This document shows, in pieces, positions 29,219 to 39,745 of a DNA stretch of 64,000 nt. Under the pieces are notes generated by a model, which did not search any database, was not told the DNA's origin, and was given only the letters and a program-made list of their open reading frames with translations. Numbering within the stretch: position 1 is the first letter of the stretch; every line of letters starts with the position of its first letter. A program made the position numbers and the translations under genes. Source of the stretch: an uncultured Sulfitobacter sp. (lineage in GTDB: Bacteria > Pseudomonadota > Alphaproteobacteria > Rhodobacterales > Rhodobacteraceae); contig CBDTVN010000001.1 in assembly GCA_965364195.1 (NCBI GenBank), positions 721 to 64,720 on the forward strand, in the 5' to 3' direction.

Positions 29219-31477
29219 GTGAACAAAAACAAAGTAACATCTGAAGAGGCGCTTGCCTTTCACCTTGAACCAACCCCCGGCAAGTTTGAGATCAGCGCCA
29301 CCGTTCCCATGGCCACACAGCGTGACTTGTCGCTTGCGTATTCGCCCGGAGTTGCGGTCCCCTGTGAGGCAATCGCTGCTGATCCGCAGCTTGCGTATGA
29401 CTACACCAACAAAGGCAATTTGGTCGCTGTAATCTCGAACGGTACGGCTGTTCTGGGCCTTGGCAATCTAGGCGCGCTCGCGTCCAAGCCGGTGATGGAG
29501 GGGAAGGCGGTGTTGTTCAAACGCTTTGCCGACGTGAACTCCATCGATCTTGAATTGGATACCGAAGACACGGATGCGTTCATCAACGCGGTCAAGCTGA
29601 TGGGGCCGACGTTTGGCGGAATCAACCTCGAAGATATCAAAGCACCTGAGTGTTTCATCATCGAGCAGCGATTGAAGGAAGAAATGGATATCCCCGTCTT
29701 CCATGATGACCAGCACGGCACGGCTGTGATCTGTGCGGCAGGTCTTCTCAACGCGCTCAAAATCTCGGGCAAGAAGATTGAGGATGTGCGCATTGTACTC
29801 AACGGCGCAGGTGCAGCGGGTATCGCCTGTCTTGAGCTGCTCAAGGCGATGGGCGCGCAGCATAACAACTGTATTATGTGTGACACGAAGGGCGTGATAT
29901 ATCAGGGCCGTACGGAAGGCATGAACCAATGGAAGTCAGCCCACGCCGCGACCACGGAAGCGCGCAACCTCGCGGATGCGATGGATGGGGCTGATGTCTT
30001 CCTTGGCGTGTCGGTCAAAGGGGCCGTTACGCCGGAGATGGTCGCCAGCATGGCGGATTATCCGGTGATTTTCGCCATGGCGAACCCCGACCCCGAGATT
30101 ACGCCCGAAGAAGCGCATGCCGTGCGCGCCGATGCGATCGTTGCCACAGGGCGTAGTGACTATCCGAACCAAGTGAACAATGTTCTCGGCTTTCCTTATC
30201 TTTTCCGCGGTGCGCTCGACATCAACGCACGTGCAATCAATGACGAGATGAAGATCGCCTGCGCCCATGCCCTTGCCCAACTTGCCCGTGAGGATGTGCC
30301 GGATGAGGTGGCGCTCGCCTATGGTAAGAATCTCAGCTTTGGCCGTGATTATATCATTCCAACGCCGTTCGACCCGCGCCTGATCCACCGTATTCCGCCC
30401 GCTGTTGCGAGGGCGGGGATGGATACCGGCGCGGCGCGGCGCCCGATCATTGATATGGATGCATATGAGCAAAGCCTGAAGTCCCGCCTTGATCCCACCG
30501 CCAACGTTATGCGCGGAATTAACGCCCGCGCGCGGAGTAATCAGGCGCGTATGATCTTTGCTGAAGGGGACGATCCCAAGGTGCTGCGCGCTGCGGTCAT
30601 GTATCAACGACAAGGCTTGGGGAAAGCGCTGGTTGTTGGTCGGCTCGACGATGTGAAAGCGAAGCTGATTGCGGCGGGTATGGAAGATGCCACACGTGAG
30701 TTGGAAGTGGTCAACGCGGGTAACACCCAGCATTTGGATATGTATAAATCCTTCCTCTACAACCGCCTTCAACGGCGCGGTTTTGACACGAAGGACATCC
30801 ACCGCCTTGCGGCCTCCGACCGCCATGTTTTTGCGGCCCTGATGTTGGCACATGGGCATGGCGATGGTCTTGTCACCGGAGCAACCCGAAAATCAGCCTA
30901 TGTTCTCGACAGGATCAATCATGTGTTTGACGCGAATGCAAAGGCAGGTGCGGCAGGCATTACCGCCGTGCTGCATAAGGGCCGCATCGTTCTGATCGGT
31001 GATACGTTGGTGCATGAATGGCCAAGTGAACAGGACCTCGCCAATATCGCAGAAAGCGGCGCGCGCGTGGCCCGTCATCTGGGGCTTGAGCCGCGTGTCG
31101 CCTTCGTAAGCTTCTCGACATTCGGCTACCCGGTCTCCGAGCGGGCAGAGAAAATGCACCTCGCACCCCAAGTCCTTGATGAGCGTGGTGTCGATTTTGA
31201 GTATGAAGGTGAAATGACTGTTGATGTGGCCCTTAACGTCGAGAGCCAGAAGAAATATCCCTTCTCGCGCCTTTCGGGCCCTGCGAATATCCTCATTGTT
31301 CCTGCGCGCCACTCGGCCAGTATCTCGGTCAAACTGATGCAGGAAATGGCGGGGGCGACAGTGATTGGTCCGATTCTCACAGGCCTTGATCAATCGATCC
31401 AGATTGCCTCGTCGACCTCGACGACCAATGATATTCTCAACATGGCAATCCTCGCCGCATCCAAGGTGGGCGGATGA
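29219..31477 (+). CDS. maeB: NADP-dependent malic enzyme (malic enzyme plus phosphotransacetylase-like domain)
   Basis: 752 aa from GTG 29219 (QRDLSLAYSPGVA, FHDDQHGTA, NGAGAAGIA), with a C-terminal PTA-like domain. Confidence 0.95.
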   Translation: MNKNKVTSEEALAFHLEPTPGKFEISATVPMATQRDLSLAYSPGVAVPCEAIAADPQLAYDYTNKGNLVAVISNGTAVLGLGNLGALASKPVMEGKAVLFKRFADVNSIDLELDTEDTDAFINAVKLMGPTFGGINLEDIKAPECFIIEQRLKEEMDIPVFHDDQHGTAVICAAGLLNALKISGKKIEDVRIVLNGAGAAGIACLELLKAMGAQHNNCIMCDTKGVIYQGRTEGMNQWKSAHAATTEARNLADAMDGADVFLGVSVKGAVTPEMVASMADYPVIFAMANPDPEITPEEAHAVRADAIVATGRSDYPNQVNNVLGFPYLFRGALDINARAINDEMKIACAHALAQLAREDVPDEVALAYGKNLSFGRDYIIPTPFDPRLIHRIPPAVARAGMDTGAARRPIIDMDAYEQSLKSRLDPTANVMRGINARARSNQARMIFAEGDDPKVLRAAVMYQRQGLGKALVVGRLDDVKAKLIAAGMEDATRELEVVNAGNTQHLDMYKSFLYNRLQRRGFDTKDIHRLAASDRHVFAALMLAHGHGDGLVTGATRKSAYVLDRINHVFDANAKAGAAGITAVLHKGRIVLIGDTLVHEWPSEQDLANIAESGARVARHLGLEPRVAFVSFSTFGYPVSERAEKMHLAPQVLDERGVDFEYEGEMTVDVALNVESQKKYPFSRLSGPANILIVPARHSASISVKLMQEMAGATVIGPILTGLDQSIQIASSTSTTNDILNMAILAASKVGG

Positions 31478-32340
31478 TCTGGAACCTCGGCTCGATTAAC
31501 ATCGATAATTTTTACGAGGTTCCCCATTTACCCGCACCGGGTGAGACATTGGCGGCTGTAAGTTATGGGTTCGGCCTTGGCGGTAAGGGCGCGAATATGT
31601 CAGTCGCCGCGGCGCGCGCTGCGGCGCGGGTTTCGCATATTGGTGCTATCGGTGCAGGCGGGCGATGGACGCGTGACCGGCTGATGGAGTACGGCGTCGA
31701 CACACCGCATATTGCCGAGATTGAAGTGCCGACAGGCCATGCCAACATCGTTGTTGATCAGGCCGGAGAGAATAGCATCGTCCTCTTTCAGGGGGCCAAT
31801 GTTCACCTTAGCGAGGCGATCATCGGAGCTGCATTATCCGAGGCGTCGCACAGAGATTTCCTGCTTATGCAGAATGAAACCAACGGTCAGGAGTACGCCG
31901 CGGCAACGGCTCAGTCATTGGGATTGCGCGTTGCCTATGCTGCTGCCCCGTTTGAAGCATCTGCGATTGAGCGTCTGCTGGGGCGGATTGATTTGCTTGT
32001 TCTCAATGAAGTCGAGGCGGCTCAGTTAGAGGCAGCTACGGGCAAGACGCCTGATACGCTGGGCGTGGCGGACGTGGTGATCACATTGGGCGCTAATGGG
32101 TGCAAATGGGTCTCTAACACGGGGGAAAAGCACTTTGATGCGTATCCAGCGGAGGCTTTGGATACCACTGGCGCTGGCGATACTTTCACCGGGTATCTGG
32201 TTGCAGGGCTGGACCGTGGTATGGAAATGGAAGCCGCGATTGACCTTGCGCTCAAGGCGGGCGCACTCATGGTGATGCGGCGCGGTACGGCAGATGTGAT
32301 CCCGGACCTCAAAGAGATCCAGGACCGTTTCGGTACCTAG
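31474..32340 (+). CDS. rbsK: Ribokinase-like PfkB family sugar kinase
   Basis: 288 aa with GGKGANMSVAAARA and DTTGAGDTFTGYLVAGL motifs. ATGA overlap with the maeB stop. Confidence 0.7.
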   Translation: MIWNLGSINIDNFYEVPHLPAPGETLAAVSYGFGLGGKGANMSVAAARAAARVSHIGAIGAGGRWTRDRLMEYGVDTPHIAEIEVPTGHANIVVDQAGENSIVLFQGANVHLSEAIIGAALSEASHRDFLLMQNETNGQEYAAATAQSLGLRVAYAAAPFEASAIERLLGRIDLLVLNEVEAAQLEAATGKTPDTLGVADVVITLGANGCKWVSNTGEKHFDAYPAEALDTTGAGDTFTGYLVAGLDRGMEMEAAIDLALKAGALMVMRRGTADVIPDLKEIQDRFGT

Positions 32341-32993
32341 CCTGCAAAGGGAGCTGCAGACCCCCAAAGTTCTTTGACACGCGCGTCACGACCGCAGGCT
32401 TTGCGATATGCTTTGTATGCGTTTGCTTGGCTTTTGGGGCCAAAGCGGGTGACGACCAGCTTTTTGCCCTTGGCGTAATCCTGATGATAGGCATCGGCGG
32501 GATAGAATTCTGTCGCGTTCAGGATTGGCGTGACAACATTTTGTCCCAAGTCGTTCTGTGCTTTTGATTTTGCTTGCTCGGCTGCTGCCTTCTGATCACC
32601 GGTTGCGAAAATTGCGGTGCGGTAGCTGGGACCGCGATCGCAGAATTGACCACCGGCATCCGTTGGATCGACAGAGCGAAAGAAAAGGTCAAGCAATGCA
32701 CCTGTAGTTACAACATTTGGGTCAAAGGTAATCTGCACAGCCTCATAATGGCCAGTTCCACCCGAGGTCACCTGCTTGTATGTCGGGTTGGCCGTTTTGC
32801 CACCAGCAAACCCCGATACGGCCTCCGTCACGCCGCGCACTTTTTCAAAATCGGCCTCGACGCACCAGAAACACCCCCCTGCCACAGTGAGGGTTTCGGA
32901 CCCAGCGGCCTGTGCGGGTGCGGCCTGAACCATGAGGCCGATGGCGATCAGCCCAGCAAGGGTTATTGCTTTCAAGTTCTCAATGATGCTCAT
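32337..32993 (-). CDS. msrA: Peptide methionine (S)-sulfoxide reductase MsrA, secreted form
   Basis: Active site GGCFWCVEADF and a signal peptide (LIAIGLMVQAAPAQA). I chose ATG 32993 because GGAGGA lies 4 nt upstream. Confidence 0.9.
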   Translation of the reverse strand: MSIIENLKAITLAGLIAIGLMVQAAPAQAAGSETLTVAGGCFWCVEADFEKVRGVTEAVSGFAGGKTANPTYKQVTSGGTGHYEAVQITFDPNVVTTGALLDLFFRSVDPTDAGGQFCDRGPSYRTAIFATGDQKAAAEQAKSKAQNDLGQNVVTPILNATEFYPADAYHQDYAKGKKLVVTRFGPKSQANAYKAYRKACGRDARVKELWGSAAPFAG

Positions 32994-33140
32994 GTCGTCC
33001 TCCATTTTGATCGACGCTGAACGGTACAGCGCGTGCAGACAATGTGTGATTTGTGTTCTCACGATGAGGTGTTTTCAGTTTACCGTGGCGTGAGTGTTGG
33101 TAACGTCAGCGAAGACAAGGGTGAAGCAAAGGAAAACGAG

Positions 33141-33836
33141 ATGAGAATTGCGATGTGGTCCGGTCCGCGCAATCTAAGTACGGCGATGATGTATGCCTTT
33201 GGCGCACGCGAAGATTTTTCGGTGATGGACGAGCCGTTTTACGCGGCCTATCTCGCCGCGACCGGCAATGATCATCCGATGGCAGCCGAAATTATGCAAA
33301 CGCATGATGCGGACCCTCAACGTATTGCGATGTCCTGCCTGGAACAGGGAGCGCCACATTTGTATATGAAGCATATGCCCCATCACATGCTGTCGGCGTT
33401 TCCGCTGGGCTGGGCTGAAAATTGCGTAAATATCCACCTCATTCGTCACCCCGCACGGGTAATAGCAAGTTATGCCGCAAAGCGTGAGGCGCCCACGTTG
33501 GAGGATATCGGGTTTGCACAGCAGGCCGCGCTTTATGAAAAGCTGGGTGGGATTGTGATCGACAGTACAGATATCCGCGCAAGGCCAGAGGTTATGTTAC
33601 GGGCGCTGTGCGATTCTGTAGGGCTCGCGTTTGATCCAGCTATGCTCAGCTGGCCTGCAGGGCCAAGGGCAGAAGATGGAATATGGGCGAAACACTGGTA
33701 CAATGCAGTTCATAAAAGTACGTGTATCGCAGGAGCTGAGGGGCCATTGCCTGAAGTGCCGCAATCGCTTCAGCCTGTGTTGGAGGCTGCATTGCCTTAC
33801 TACTCAGGGTTATATCGTGCCCGCCTTTCCCCGTGA
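33141..33836 (+). CDS. Sulfotransferase-fold / P-loop-like family protein of unknown function
   Basis: 231 aa from ATG 33141 (MRIAMWSGPRNLSTAMMYAFGARED..DEPFYAAYL). I recall this N-terminus as typical of a conserved family usually annotated sulfotransferase-like. That is from memory and was not searched. Confidence 0.5.
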   Translation: MRIAMWSGPRNLSTAMMYAFGAREDFSVMDEPFYAAYLAATGNDHPMAAEIMQTHDADPQRIAMSCLEQGAPHLYMKHMPHHMLSAFPLGWAENCVNIHLIRHPARVIASYAAKREAPTLEDIGFAQQAALYEKLGGIVIDSTDIRARPEVMLRALCDSVGLAFDPAMLSWPAGPRAEDGIWAKHWYNAVHKSTCIAGAEGPLPEVPQSLQPVLEAALPYYSGLYRARLSP

Positions 33837-33932
33837 TTGAATATGAATCGCTGCTAAATGTTCAGCGTTCTTAAACAGTATCTATGCAACTAAGGTTGGG
33901 TAGACCGGTTTCCGGTATGGTTAACGAGTAGG

Positions 33933-33977
33933 CGACCCAGACGCTTTATGTCTGGGTCGTTCGTTTTCCTATTTTTT
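33933..33977 (+). terminator. Intrinsic terminator
   Basis: CGACCCAGAC (33933-33942) pairs with GTCTGGGTCG (33950-33959) across a 7-nt loop, followed by TTCGTTTTCCTATTTTTT. Confidence 0.7.
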
Positions 33978-34016
33978 GGCACGATAAGAGAATCGGCGTG
34001 TTTGATAACAAACTGT

Positions 34017-34049
34017 ATAAAAAAGAAGGCCTCGGTCAGTTGACCCAGG
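34017..34049 (-). terminator. Candidate intrinsic terminator of argG
   Basis: The minus strand reads CCTGGGTCA-ACT-TGACCGAGG, an 8-bp stem with one mismatch, followed by CCTTCTTTTTT. Confidence 0.4.
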
Positions 34050-34110
34050 GATCAGAAGTCTTTGAGTAGACCGTTTGACTACCCGGTCAGATTGCTCTGG
34101 CCGAGCGTTC

Positions 34111-35328
34111 TTATTTCATCCGTTTATCACGTGCCGCCAACAGCTTGAGGCGCAGAGCGTTCAGTTGGATAAATCCTGCGGCGTCTTTCTGGTCATATGC
34201 ACCGGCATCGTCTTCAAACGTCACATGTGCTTCGGAATAGAGACTGTAATCTGACCAACGACCAACGGTACGCACATGCCCCTTGTACAGCTTGAGACGC
34301 ACGGTGCCAGTGACGTGGGTCTGGCTTGCGTCAATTGCTGCTTGGAGCATTGTGCGCTCTGGAGAGAACCAGAAGCCGTTGTAAATCAGTTCGGCGTATT
34401 GTGGCATCAGCTGGTCCTTGAGGTGCATCGCGCCCCGGTCCAGCGTGATTGATTCGATGCCTCGGTGCGCTTCAAGCAAGAGTGTGCCACCTGGTGTCTC
34501 GTAGATACCGCGAGATTTCATGCCGACAAAACGGCCCTCAACCAGATCAAGGCGGCCACAACCATGTTTGCCGCCCAGCTCGTTCAGCTTGGTCAATAAC
34601 TCGGCAGGGGACAGCTTCTCGCCATTCACAGATACCGCATCGCCACGTTCGAAACCAACTTCGATGTATTCAGGCTCGTCCGGCGCATCTTCTGGTGCGA
34701 CGGTGCGCTGATACACATACTCGGGTGCATCAACGGCTGGATCCTCAAGCACCAAACCTTCGGAGGATGTGTGCAGCAGGTTGGCATCCACTGAAAACGG
34801 CGCTTCGCCGCGTTTATCTTTGGCGATCGGAATTTGGTTTTGCTCTGCGAATTCCAACAGCCTTGTGCGGCTGCTCAAATCCCACTCACGCCAAGGTGCG
34901 ATCACCTTGATGTCGGGGTCCAGCGCATAGGCCGCAAGCTCGAACCGGACTTGATCGTTGCCTTTGCCTGTTGCGCCGTGGGCAACTGCATCTGCGCCCG
35001 TCTCGTGGGCAATCTCGACAAGGCGCTTTGAAATCAGTGGGCGTGCGATGGAAGTACCGAGAAGATACAGACCTTCGTACACAGCATTGGCACGAAACAT
35101 TGGGAACACAAAGTCACGCACAAATTCTTCGCGGACATCTTCGACATAAATCTCGGAAGCACCCATCATCTCCGCTTTCGCGCGGGCGGGCTCAAGCTCT
35201 TCGCCCTGACCCAGATCGGCGGTGAAAGTGACGACCTCACAACCATATTCGGTCTGGAGCCATTTGAGGATGATCGAGGTATCGAGGCCACCGGAGTAGG
35301 CGAGCACAACTTTTTTGGGTGCAGACAT
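34111..35328 (-). CDS. argG: Argininosuccinate synthase
   Basis: 405 aa from ATG 35328 ([18 protein letters not shown]), with AAGGAGAG upstream. The ORF-track extension to 35529 was rejected. Confidence 0.95.
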   Translation of the reverse strand: MSAPKKVVLAYSGGLDTSIILKWLQTEYGCEVVTFTADLGQGEELEPARAKAEMMGASEIYVEDVREEFVRDFVFPMFRANAVYEGLYLLGTSIARPLISKRLVEIAHETGADAVAHGATGKGNDQVRFELAAYALDPDIKVIAPWREWDLSSRTRLLEFAEQNQIPIAKDKRGEAPFSVDANLLHTSSEGLVLEDPAVDAPEYVYQRTVAPEDAPDEPEYIEVGFERGDAVSVNGEKLSPAELLTKLNELGGKHGCGRLDLVEGRFVGMKSRGIYETPGGTLLLEAHRGIESITLDRGAMHLKDQLMPQYAELIYNGFWFSPERTMLQAAIDASQTHVTGTVRLKLYKGHVRTVGRWSDYSLYSEAHVTFEDDAGAYDQKDAAGFIQLNALRLKLLAARDKRMK

Positions 35329-35456
35329 GATCTCTCCTTTGTCGCGTTTCGCGGTGGCGTAGCGTGTTTTATGCCGCACAGCAAGTGAGATGGCTTTATT
35401 GACGGGGGTGCGTGAGCCACTTATCCAAGACTTGCGCAACACAAAGGCCGCAGCAC

Positions 35457-36689
35457 ATGAGCAATGATTTCCAAATGGGCGCGATTTCCGCCACCCGTGC
35501 CATGCGCGCGGTGTTCCCCGCAACGCCACTGCTCAAGAATGAGCATCTGTCAGAGCGGTATGGTGCAGAGATTTATCTCAAGCGTGAGGACCTTAGCCCC
35601 GTGCGCTCTTACAAACTGCGCGGTGCGTTCAATGCGATGCGCAAACTGATCCCTGAGCATCAGGTGTTTGTCTGCGCATCGGCTGGCAATCATGCGCAGG
35701 GCGTCGCATTTATGTGCAGTCATTTCGGTGTGCGCGGTGTGATCTTTATGCCTGTCACCACGCCCCAGCAGAAAATTCAGAAGACCAAGATGTTTGGAGG
35801 TCCGAACATTGAAGTGCGTCTTGTGGGCGACTACTTTGACCAAACCCTCAAATCTGCCCAGACATTCTGCGCTGATGAAGGGGCCTATTTCCTGTCACCA
35901 TTCGATGATGACAACGTGATAGAGGGACAAGCCTCAGTCGCGGTAGAGATTGAGGACCAGCTGGGCGCAGCGCCTGATCACATCATCCTGCCCGTTGGGG
36001 GCGGCGGCCTGTCTGCAGGTACGCGCGCGTTTTTCGGGGATCGCTGCGGTTATACATACGTTGAGCCAACGGGGGCGCCGAGCCTTGCGAGGGCGTTGGA
36101 AGAGGGCGCTCCGATTGATGTGTCGCCTATCAATAACTTTGTCGACGGGGCCGCCGTTGGCAAGATCGGTGTACGGACGTTCGAGAAATTGAAGGATGCT
36201 AAACGATCCGACGTTGTGCACCTCACCGAAGACCGCATTTGTGTAAGCATCATTGAAATGTTGAATGTTGAAGGTATCGTGCTGGAGCCTGCTGGCGCGT
36301 TGAGCATTGAAGCGCTGGGCGAGGTGGCAGACCAGATCAAAGGCAAGACAGTCGTTTGTGTCACCTCCGGCGGAAATTTTGATTTCGAGCGTCTGCCCGA
36401 AGTGAAGGAGCGCGCTCAGCGGTATTCCGGCCTCAAGAAGTATTTTATTCTGCGTATGCCTCAGCGGCCCGGCGCGCTCAAAGAGTTCCTCAACATCCTT
36501 GGTCCTGACGACGATATCTGTCGCTTCGAATACCTCAAGAAGTCCGCCCGCAACTTTGGTTCGGTCCTCATCGGTATCGAAACACTTAACCCTGATACTT
36601 TCCCGCGCTTCCTGAGCCAGCTTGATGACGCAGGGTTTACGTATACAGATATCACCAATGATGAGACGCTAGCGCAGTTCGTGATTTAG
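35457..36689 (+). CDS. ilvA: Threonine ammonia-lyase (threonine dehydratase), short form with one regulatory domain
   Basis: 410 aa from ATG 35457. PLP-lysine motif [12 protein letters not shown], plus GNHAQGVA and TSGGNF. Confidence 0.85.
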   Translation: MSNDFQMGAISATRAMRAVFPATPLLKNEHLSERYGAEIYLKREDLSPVRSYKLRGAFNAMRKLIPEHQVFVCASAGNHAQGVAFMCSHFGVRGVIFMPVTTPQQKIQKTKMFGGPNIEVRLVGDYFDQTLKSAQTFCADEGAYFLSPFDDDNVIEGQASVAVEIEDQLGAAPDHIILPVGGGGLSAGTRAFFGDRCGYTYVEPTGAPSLARALEEGAPIDVSPINNFVDGAAVGKIGVRTFEKLKDAKRSDVVHLTEDRICVSIIEMLNVEGIVLEPAGALSIEALGEVADQIKGKTVVCVTSGGNFDFERLPEVKERAQRYSGLKKYFILRMPQRPGALKEFLNILGPDDDICRFEYLKKSARNFGSVLIGIETLNPDTFPRFLSQLDDAGFTYTDITNDETLAQFVI

Positions 36690-36698
36690 GAGAGCGCC

Positions 36699-37505
36699 AT
36701 GGATATCCCGGGTAAGTCGATTGTTGTGACAGGTGGCGCAAGTGGCATCGGTGCCGCCCTTGCACGACAAGCAGCGGGTGCGGGTGCGAAGGTCTGCATT
36801 GCTGATCTCAATATCGATGCGGCGAACACTCTCGCAAACGAGATTGGCGGTATGGCAGTTGCTTGTGATGTGACCCAAGAGGCGCAGATTATCGCCGCGA
36901 TTGATGCTGCTGAAGCGGCCCATGGGCCCGTCGATATTTTCGTCTCTAACGCGGGGCTTGGGCGGGGTGATCCTTCTCATGCAGCCTCTGCGCCTGATGC
37001 CGATTGGATGCTGAACTGGAACGTGCATGTCATGGCGCATGTCTGGGCGGCGCGCGCTTTGCTTCCGGCGATGATTGAGAGGGGATCGGGGCATTTTGTG
37101 AATGTCGCCTCTGCTGCCGGGCTTCTAAACCAGATTGGCGATTCTGCATATTCCGCCACGAAACATGCCGCGGTTAGTTTCGCTGAATCTCTTCTGATCA
37201 CTCATGGCGATGATGGACTCGGCGTATCTGTCGTCTGCCCGCAATATGTGGCGACCCCGTTGTTGGGCCTTGGCGATGAGGACGCTCAGGGCAATCTGCT
37301 CACCGCAGGAGATGTGGCAAAGTCGGTTTGGCAGGGCGTTTCAGATGGCACATTCGTCATCATGCCGCATCCAGATGTGGCGAAATACAATGCGATGCGG
37401 GGCGCAGACCCTTCACGGTGGATCAAGGGAATGCAAATGCTGCGGGCCAAGGCGATGGCGGAGCACGGCAGCATCAGCGTCGAGAACTTCTATAAACTGG
37501 TCTAA
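36699..37505 (+). CDS. Short-chain dehydrogenase/reductase (SDR)
   Basis: 268 aa with the cofactor motif TGGASGIGAALA and the catalytic YSATKHA. Confidence 0.85.
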   Translation: MDIPGKSIVVTGGASGIGAALARQAAGAGAKVCIADLNIDAANTLANEIGGMAVACDVTQEAQIIAAIDAAEAAHGPVDIFVSNAGLGRGDPSHAASAPDADWMLNWNVHVMAHVWAARALLPAMIERGSGHFVNVASAAGLLNQIGDSAYSATKHAAVSFAESLLITHGDDGLGVSVVCPQYVATPLLGLGDEDAQGNLLTAGDVAKSVWQGVSDGTFVIMPHPDVAKYNAMRGADPSRWIKGMQMLRAKAMAEHGSISVENFYKLV

Positions 37506-37834
37506 AAGTTGGAGGGGTTATTCAATCCGTCCAGGAATGTCGCGCTGCTGCTGTCATAGCTGGCCAAGATGGGCGGAAGATCAATTTCTTCTGGCTTGCC
37601 TGTCGCAGCAAGTGTTTCGCCGATCTGACACAATGTGGAAAATTCTGTGAACCCGAGATTGAGCGCACTGCCTTTCAAAGCATGAAGGTCCTCACCGAGT
37701 GAACCGATTTTTGGCGCAGTGCGCAGACGCTCAACCATCTCTGAGACCTCCTCAATGAAGATCTCGACGATATCGCCAAAGTCCTCTTCGCCGACCTCGT
37801 CTCGCAGGGCCTTTACCCGTGTCCAATCAATCAT
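37502..37834 (-). CDS. Single-domain histidine phosphotransfer (Hpt) protein
   Basis: 110 aa from ATG 37834 (MIDWTRVKALRDEVGEEDF), with AGGAGA 7 nt upstream. Phosphorylatable His motif LHALKGSALNLG. Confidence 0.8.
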   Translation of the reverse strand: MIDWTRVKALRDEVGEEDFGDIVEIFIEEVSEMVERLRTAPKIGSLGEDLHALKGSALNLGFTEFSTLCQIGETLAATGKPEEIDLPPILASYDSSSATFLDGLNNPSNF

Positions 37835-37959
37835 GCTGAGTCTCCTAAGTCTGTCCAATGCCTAAGGGAATTTGATTAAGAGTTGATGAGTGCGGGGCTT
37901 CACCGGCTGTTAAGGTCGGGGCGGTATGTACGACGCAGTGTTCATTTAGCGAAAGTACT

Positions 37960-39240
37960 ATGGCCTCTGTTCCCGCTTGCCCTGTTTCACCATCTTCATC
38001 GTCTCAAGCGGGGGCGATTAAACGTGTTTTGGTGGTGGATGACAGCAAGCTGCAACGAAAATTACTCACGATCGCGCTCAAGAAATGGGGCTTTGAGGTA
38101 CAAGAAGCAGAAAGCGGTGCTGATGCGCTGCGTTTGGCTGCGATCCATCGCCCTGATTTGGTGCTCAGTGACTGGATGATGCCCGGCATGTCCGGTCTGG
38201 AACTGTGTAAGCGGTTTCGGGAGGTCAGTGGTGAGGATTACAGTTATTTCATCCTGCTCACCTCAAAAAGCGATAAGGAGGAGGTCGCGCGCGGGCTCGA
38301 CAGTGGCGCGGATGACTTCTTGAGCAAACCTGTAGACAATAACGAATTGCGTGCGCGGATAACGGCGGGGGAGCGGTTGATTGCGATGCAGCGAAACGTG
38401 GTTCAGGCAAACCGCGCGTTGAGCGAGACATTGGGCGAATTGCAGCAGCTATACGATAACATCGATAGCGATTTGAAAGAGGCAAAAAAACTCCAACAAT
38501 CATTGGTGAAAGAGCGGTTTCGCACACTGCCAGCCGGGGATTTGTCGCTCATGCTACGCTCTTCGGGTCATGTTGGCGGTGATTTGGTCGGGTTTTTCGA
38601 GGCCGGCCCGCAACACATTGGGCTATATGCGTTGGATGTGTCCGGGCATGGGATCAGCTCAGCGTTAATGACGGCCCGACTCGCGGGCTATTTGTCTAGT
38701 GCTGCACCGGATCAGAACGTCGCTTTGCAGAAAAATAACGAGGGTAAATTTGTGCCCCGTGCGCCGGATGAAGTGGTCGCCGATCTCAATAACCTGGTTC
38801 TCGACGAGATGGAGACAGAGCATTATTTCACGCTGCTGTTGGCATTTGTGGAACTGGAAACGGGGCAGATGATTTTGTCTCAGGCGGGTCATCCACATCC
38901 GGCAATTCAGCGCGCTGGCGGTGCAATAGAGTTGATTGGGACCGGCGGATTCCCGGTTGGCCTACTCTCTGGTGTGGGGTTCGATAAATTCGAGCTGACC
39001 CTTGCGCGAGGGGACAGGATATTGATCCTATCTGACGGTGTTACGGAATGCCCAGGGCCAGATGGAGAGATGCTTGATGAAGACGGCCTAATTGCCCTGA
39101 TGCATGATTTGTCTGCCACGCGTGGCCCTGCATTCCTCGAAGCACTGATATGGAGGTTGACTGAATTCAACGGGAGTGAGGATTTCCCCGATGATGTCTC
39201 CGCTATTTTGTTTGAGTATCAGGGCCTAGAGGCGACATAA
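37960..39240 (+). CDS. Response regulator receiver fused to PP2C/SpoIIE-type phosphatase
   Basis: 426 aa. Receiver motifs (VLVVDD, DLVLSDWMMPGMSG, SKP) are followed by a coiled linker and a PP2C domain (GGDLVGF, LDVSGHGISSAL, LILSDGVTE, DDVSAILF). Confidence 0.8.
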   Translation: MASVPACPVSPSSSSQAGAIKRVLVVDDSKLQRKLLTIALKKWGFEVQEAESGADALRLAAIHRPDLVLSDWMMPGMSGLELCKRFREVSGEDYSYFILLTSKSDKEEVARGLDSGADDFLSKPVDNNELRARITAGERLIAMQRNVVQANRALSETLGELQQLYDNIDSDLKEAKKLQQSLVKERFRTLPAGDLSLMLRSSGHVGGDLVGFFEAGPQHIGLYALDVSGHGISSALMTARLAGYLSSAAPDQNVALQKNNEGKFVPRAPDEVVADLNNLVLDEMETEHYFTLLLAFVELETGQMILSQAGHPHPAIQRAGGAIELIGTGGFPVGLLSGVGFDKFELTLARGDRILILSDGVTECPGPDGEMLDEDGLIALMHDLSATRGPAFLEALIWRLTEFNGSEDFPDDVSAILFEYQGLEAT

Positions 39241-39665
39241 GCTGCCATAAACATCCGGTCTCCCTCATTGCCGAGCGATGCAATTGCATTATCGGCATCA
39301 AGGACGAGAGTTTCGTGGTTCGGCTCGGTCGGCGGGTGCAGTTGTCGGGCAGGGCGCGCCACATAGATATGGCATAGTTTCTCTGCCCACATGTCATACT
39401 CGGGCATGAATACAAATCTGCGGAACGCACCAAGGCGGCGCGGCCGACCGATGGACCAGCCGATTTCCTCACGGACTTCTCTATAGAGCGCTTGAAGAGG
39501 GCTTTCACCTGGGTCAATACCCCCTCCGGGGAGTTGAAATTCGATTGGACCAATTGTGCTGGCGGTAATCAAAAACCGCCGTTTGATCGGTAAAATAGCA
39601 TAGGCACCAGCGCGGACTTTATAGCTTTGGCCGCGTTCCGGGACCTCTCCAACACGTTTGATCAC
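39219..39665 (-). CDS. NUDIX hydrolase
   Basis: 148 aa from GTG 39665. Nudix box GGGIDPGESPLQALYREVREEIG. The ORF-track extension to 40340 is antisense to hslO and was rejected. Confidence 0.7.
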   Translation of the reverse strand: MIKRVGEVPERGQSYKVRAGAYAILPIKRRFLITASTIGPIEFQLPGGGIDPGESPLQALYREVREEIGWSIGRPRRLGAFRRFVFMPEYDMWAEKLCHIYVARPARQLHPPTEPNHETLVLDADNAIASLGNEGDRMFMAAYVASRP

Positions 39666-39745
39666 TGTCGCCCCCTTTTTGTGACGCCTTGTCGGCCCTA
39701 CATAGACGCGGTATGCCAAGTGCTTCGCGGTAAGGATAGACGAAA

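Noticed and set aside
29936-30859. 307-aa minus-strand ORF inside maeB (and similar ones at 29401-29929 and 30893-31393)
   Set aside because: These are shadow ORFs antisense to a full-length, highly recognisable malic enzyme gene.
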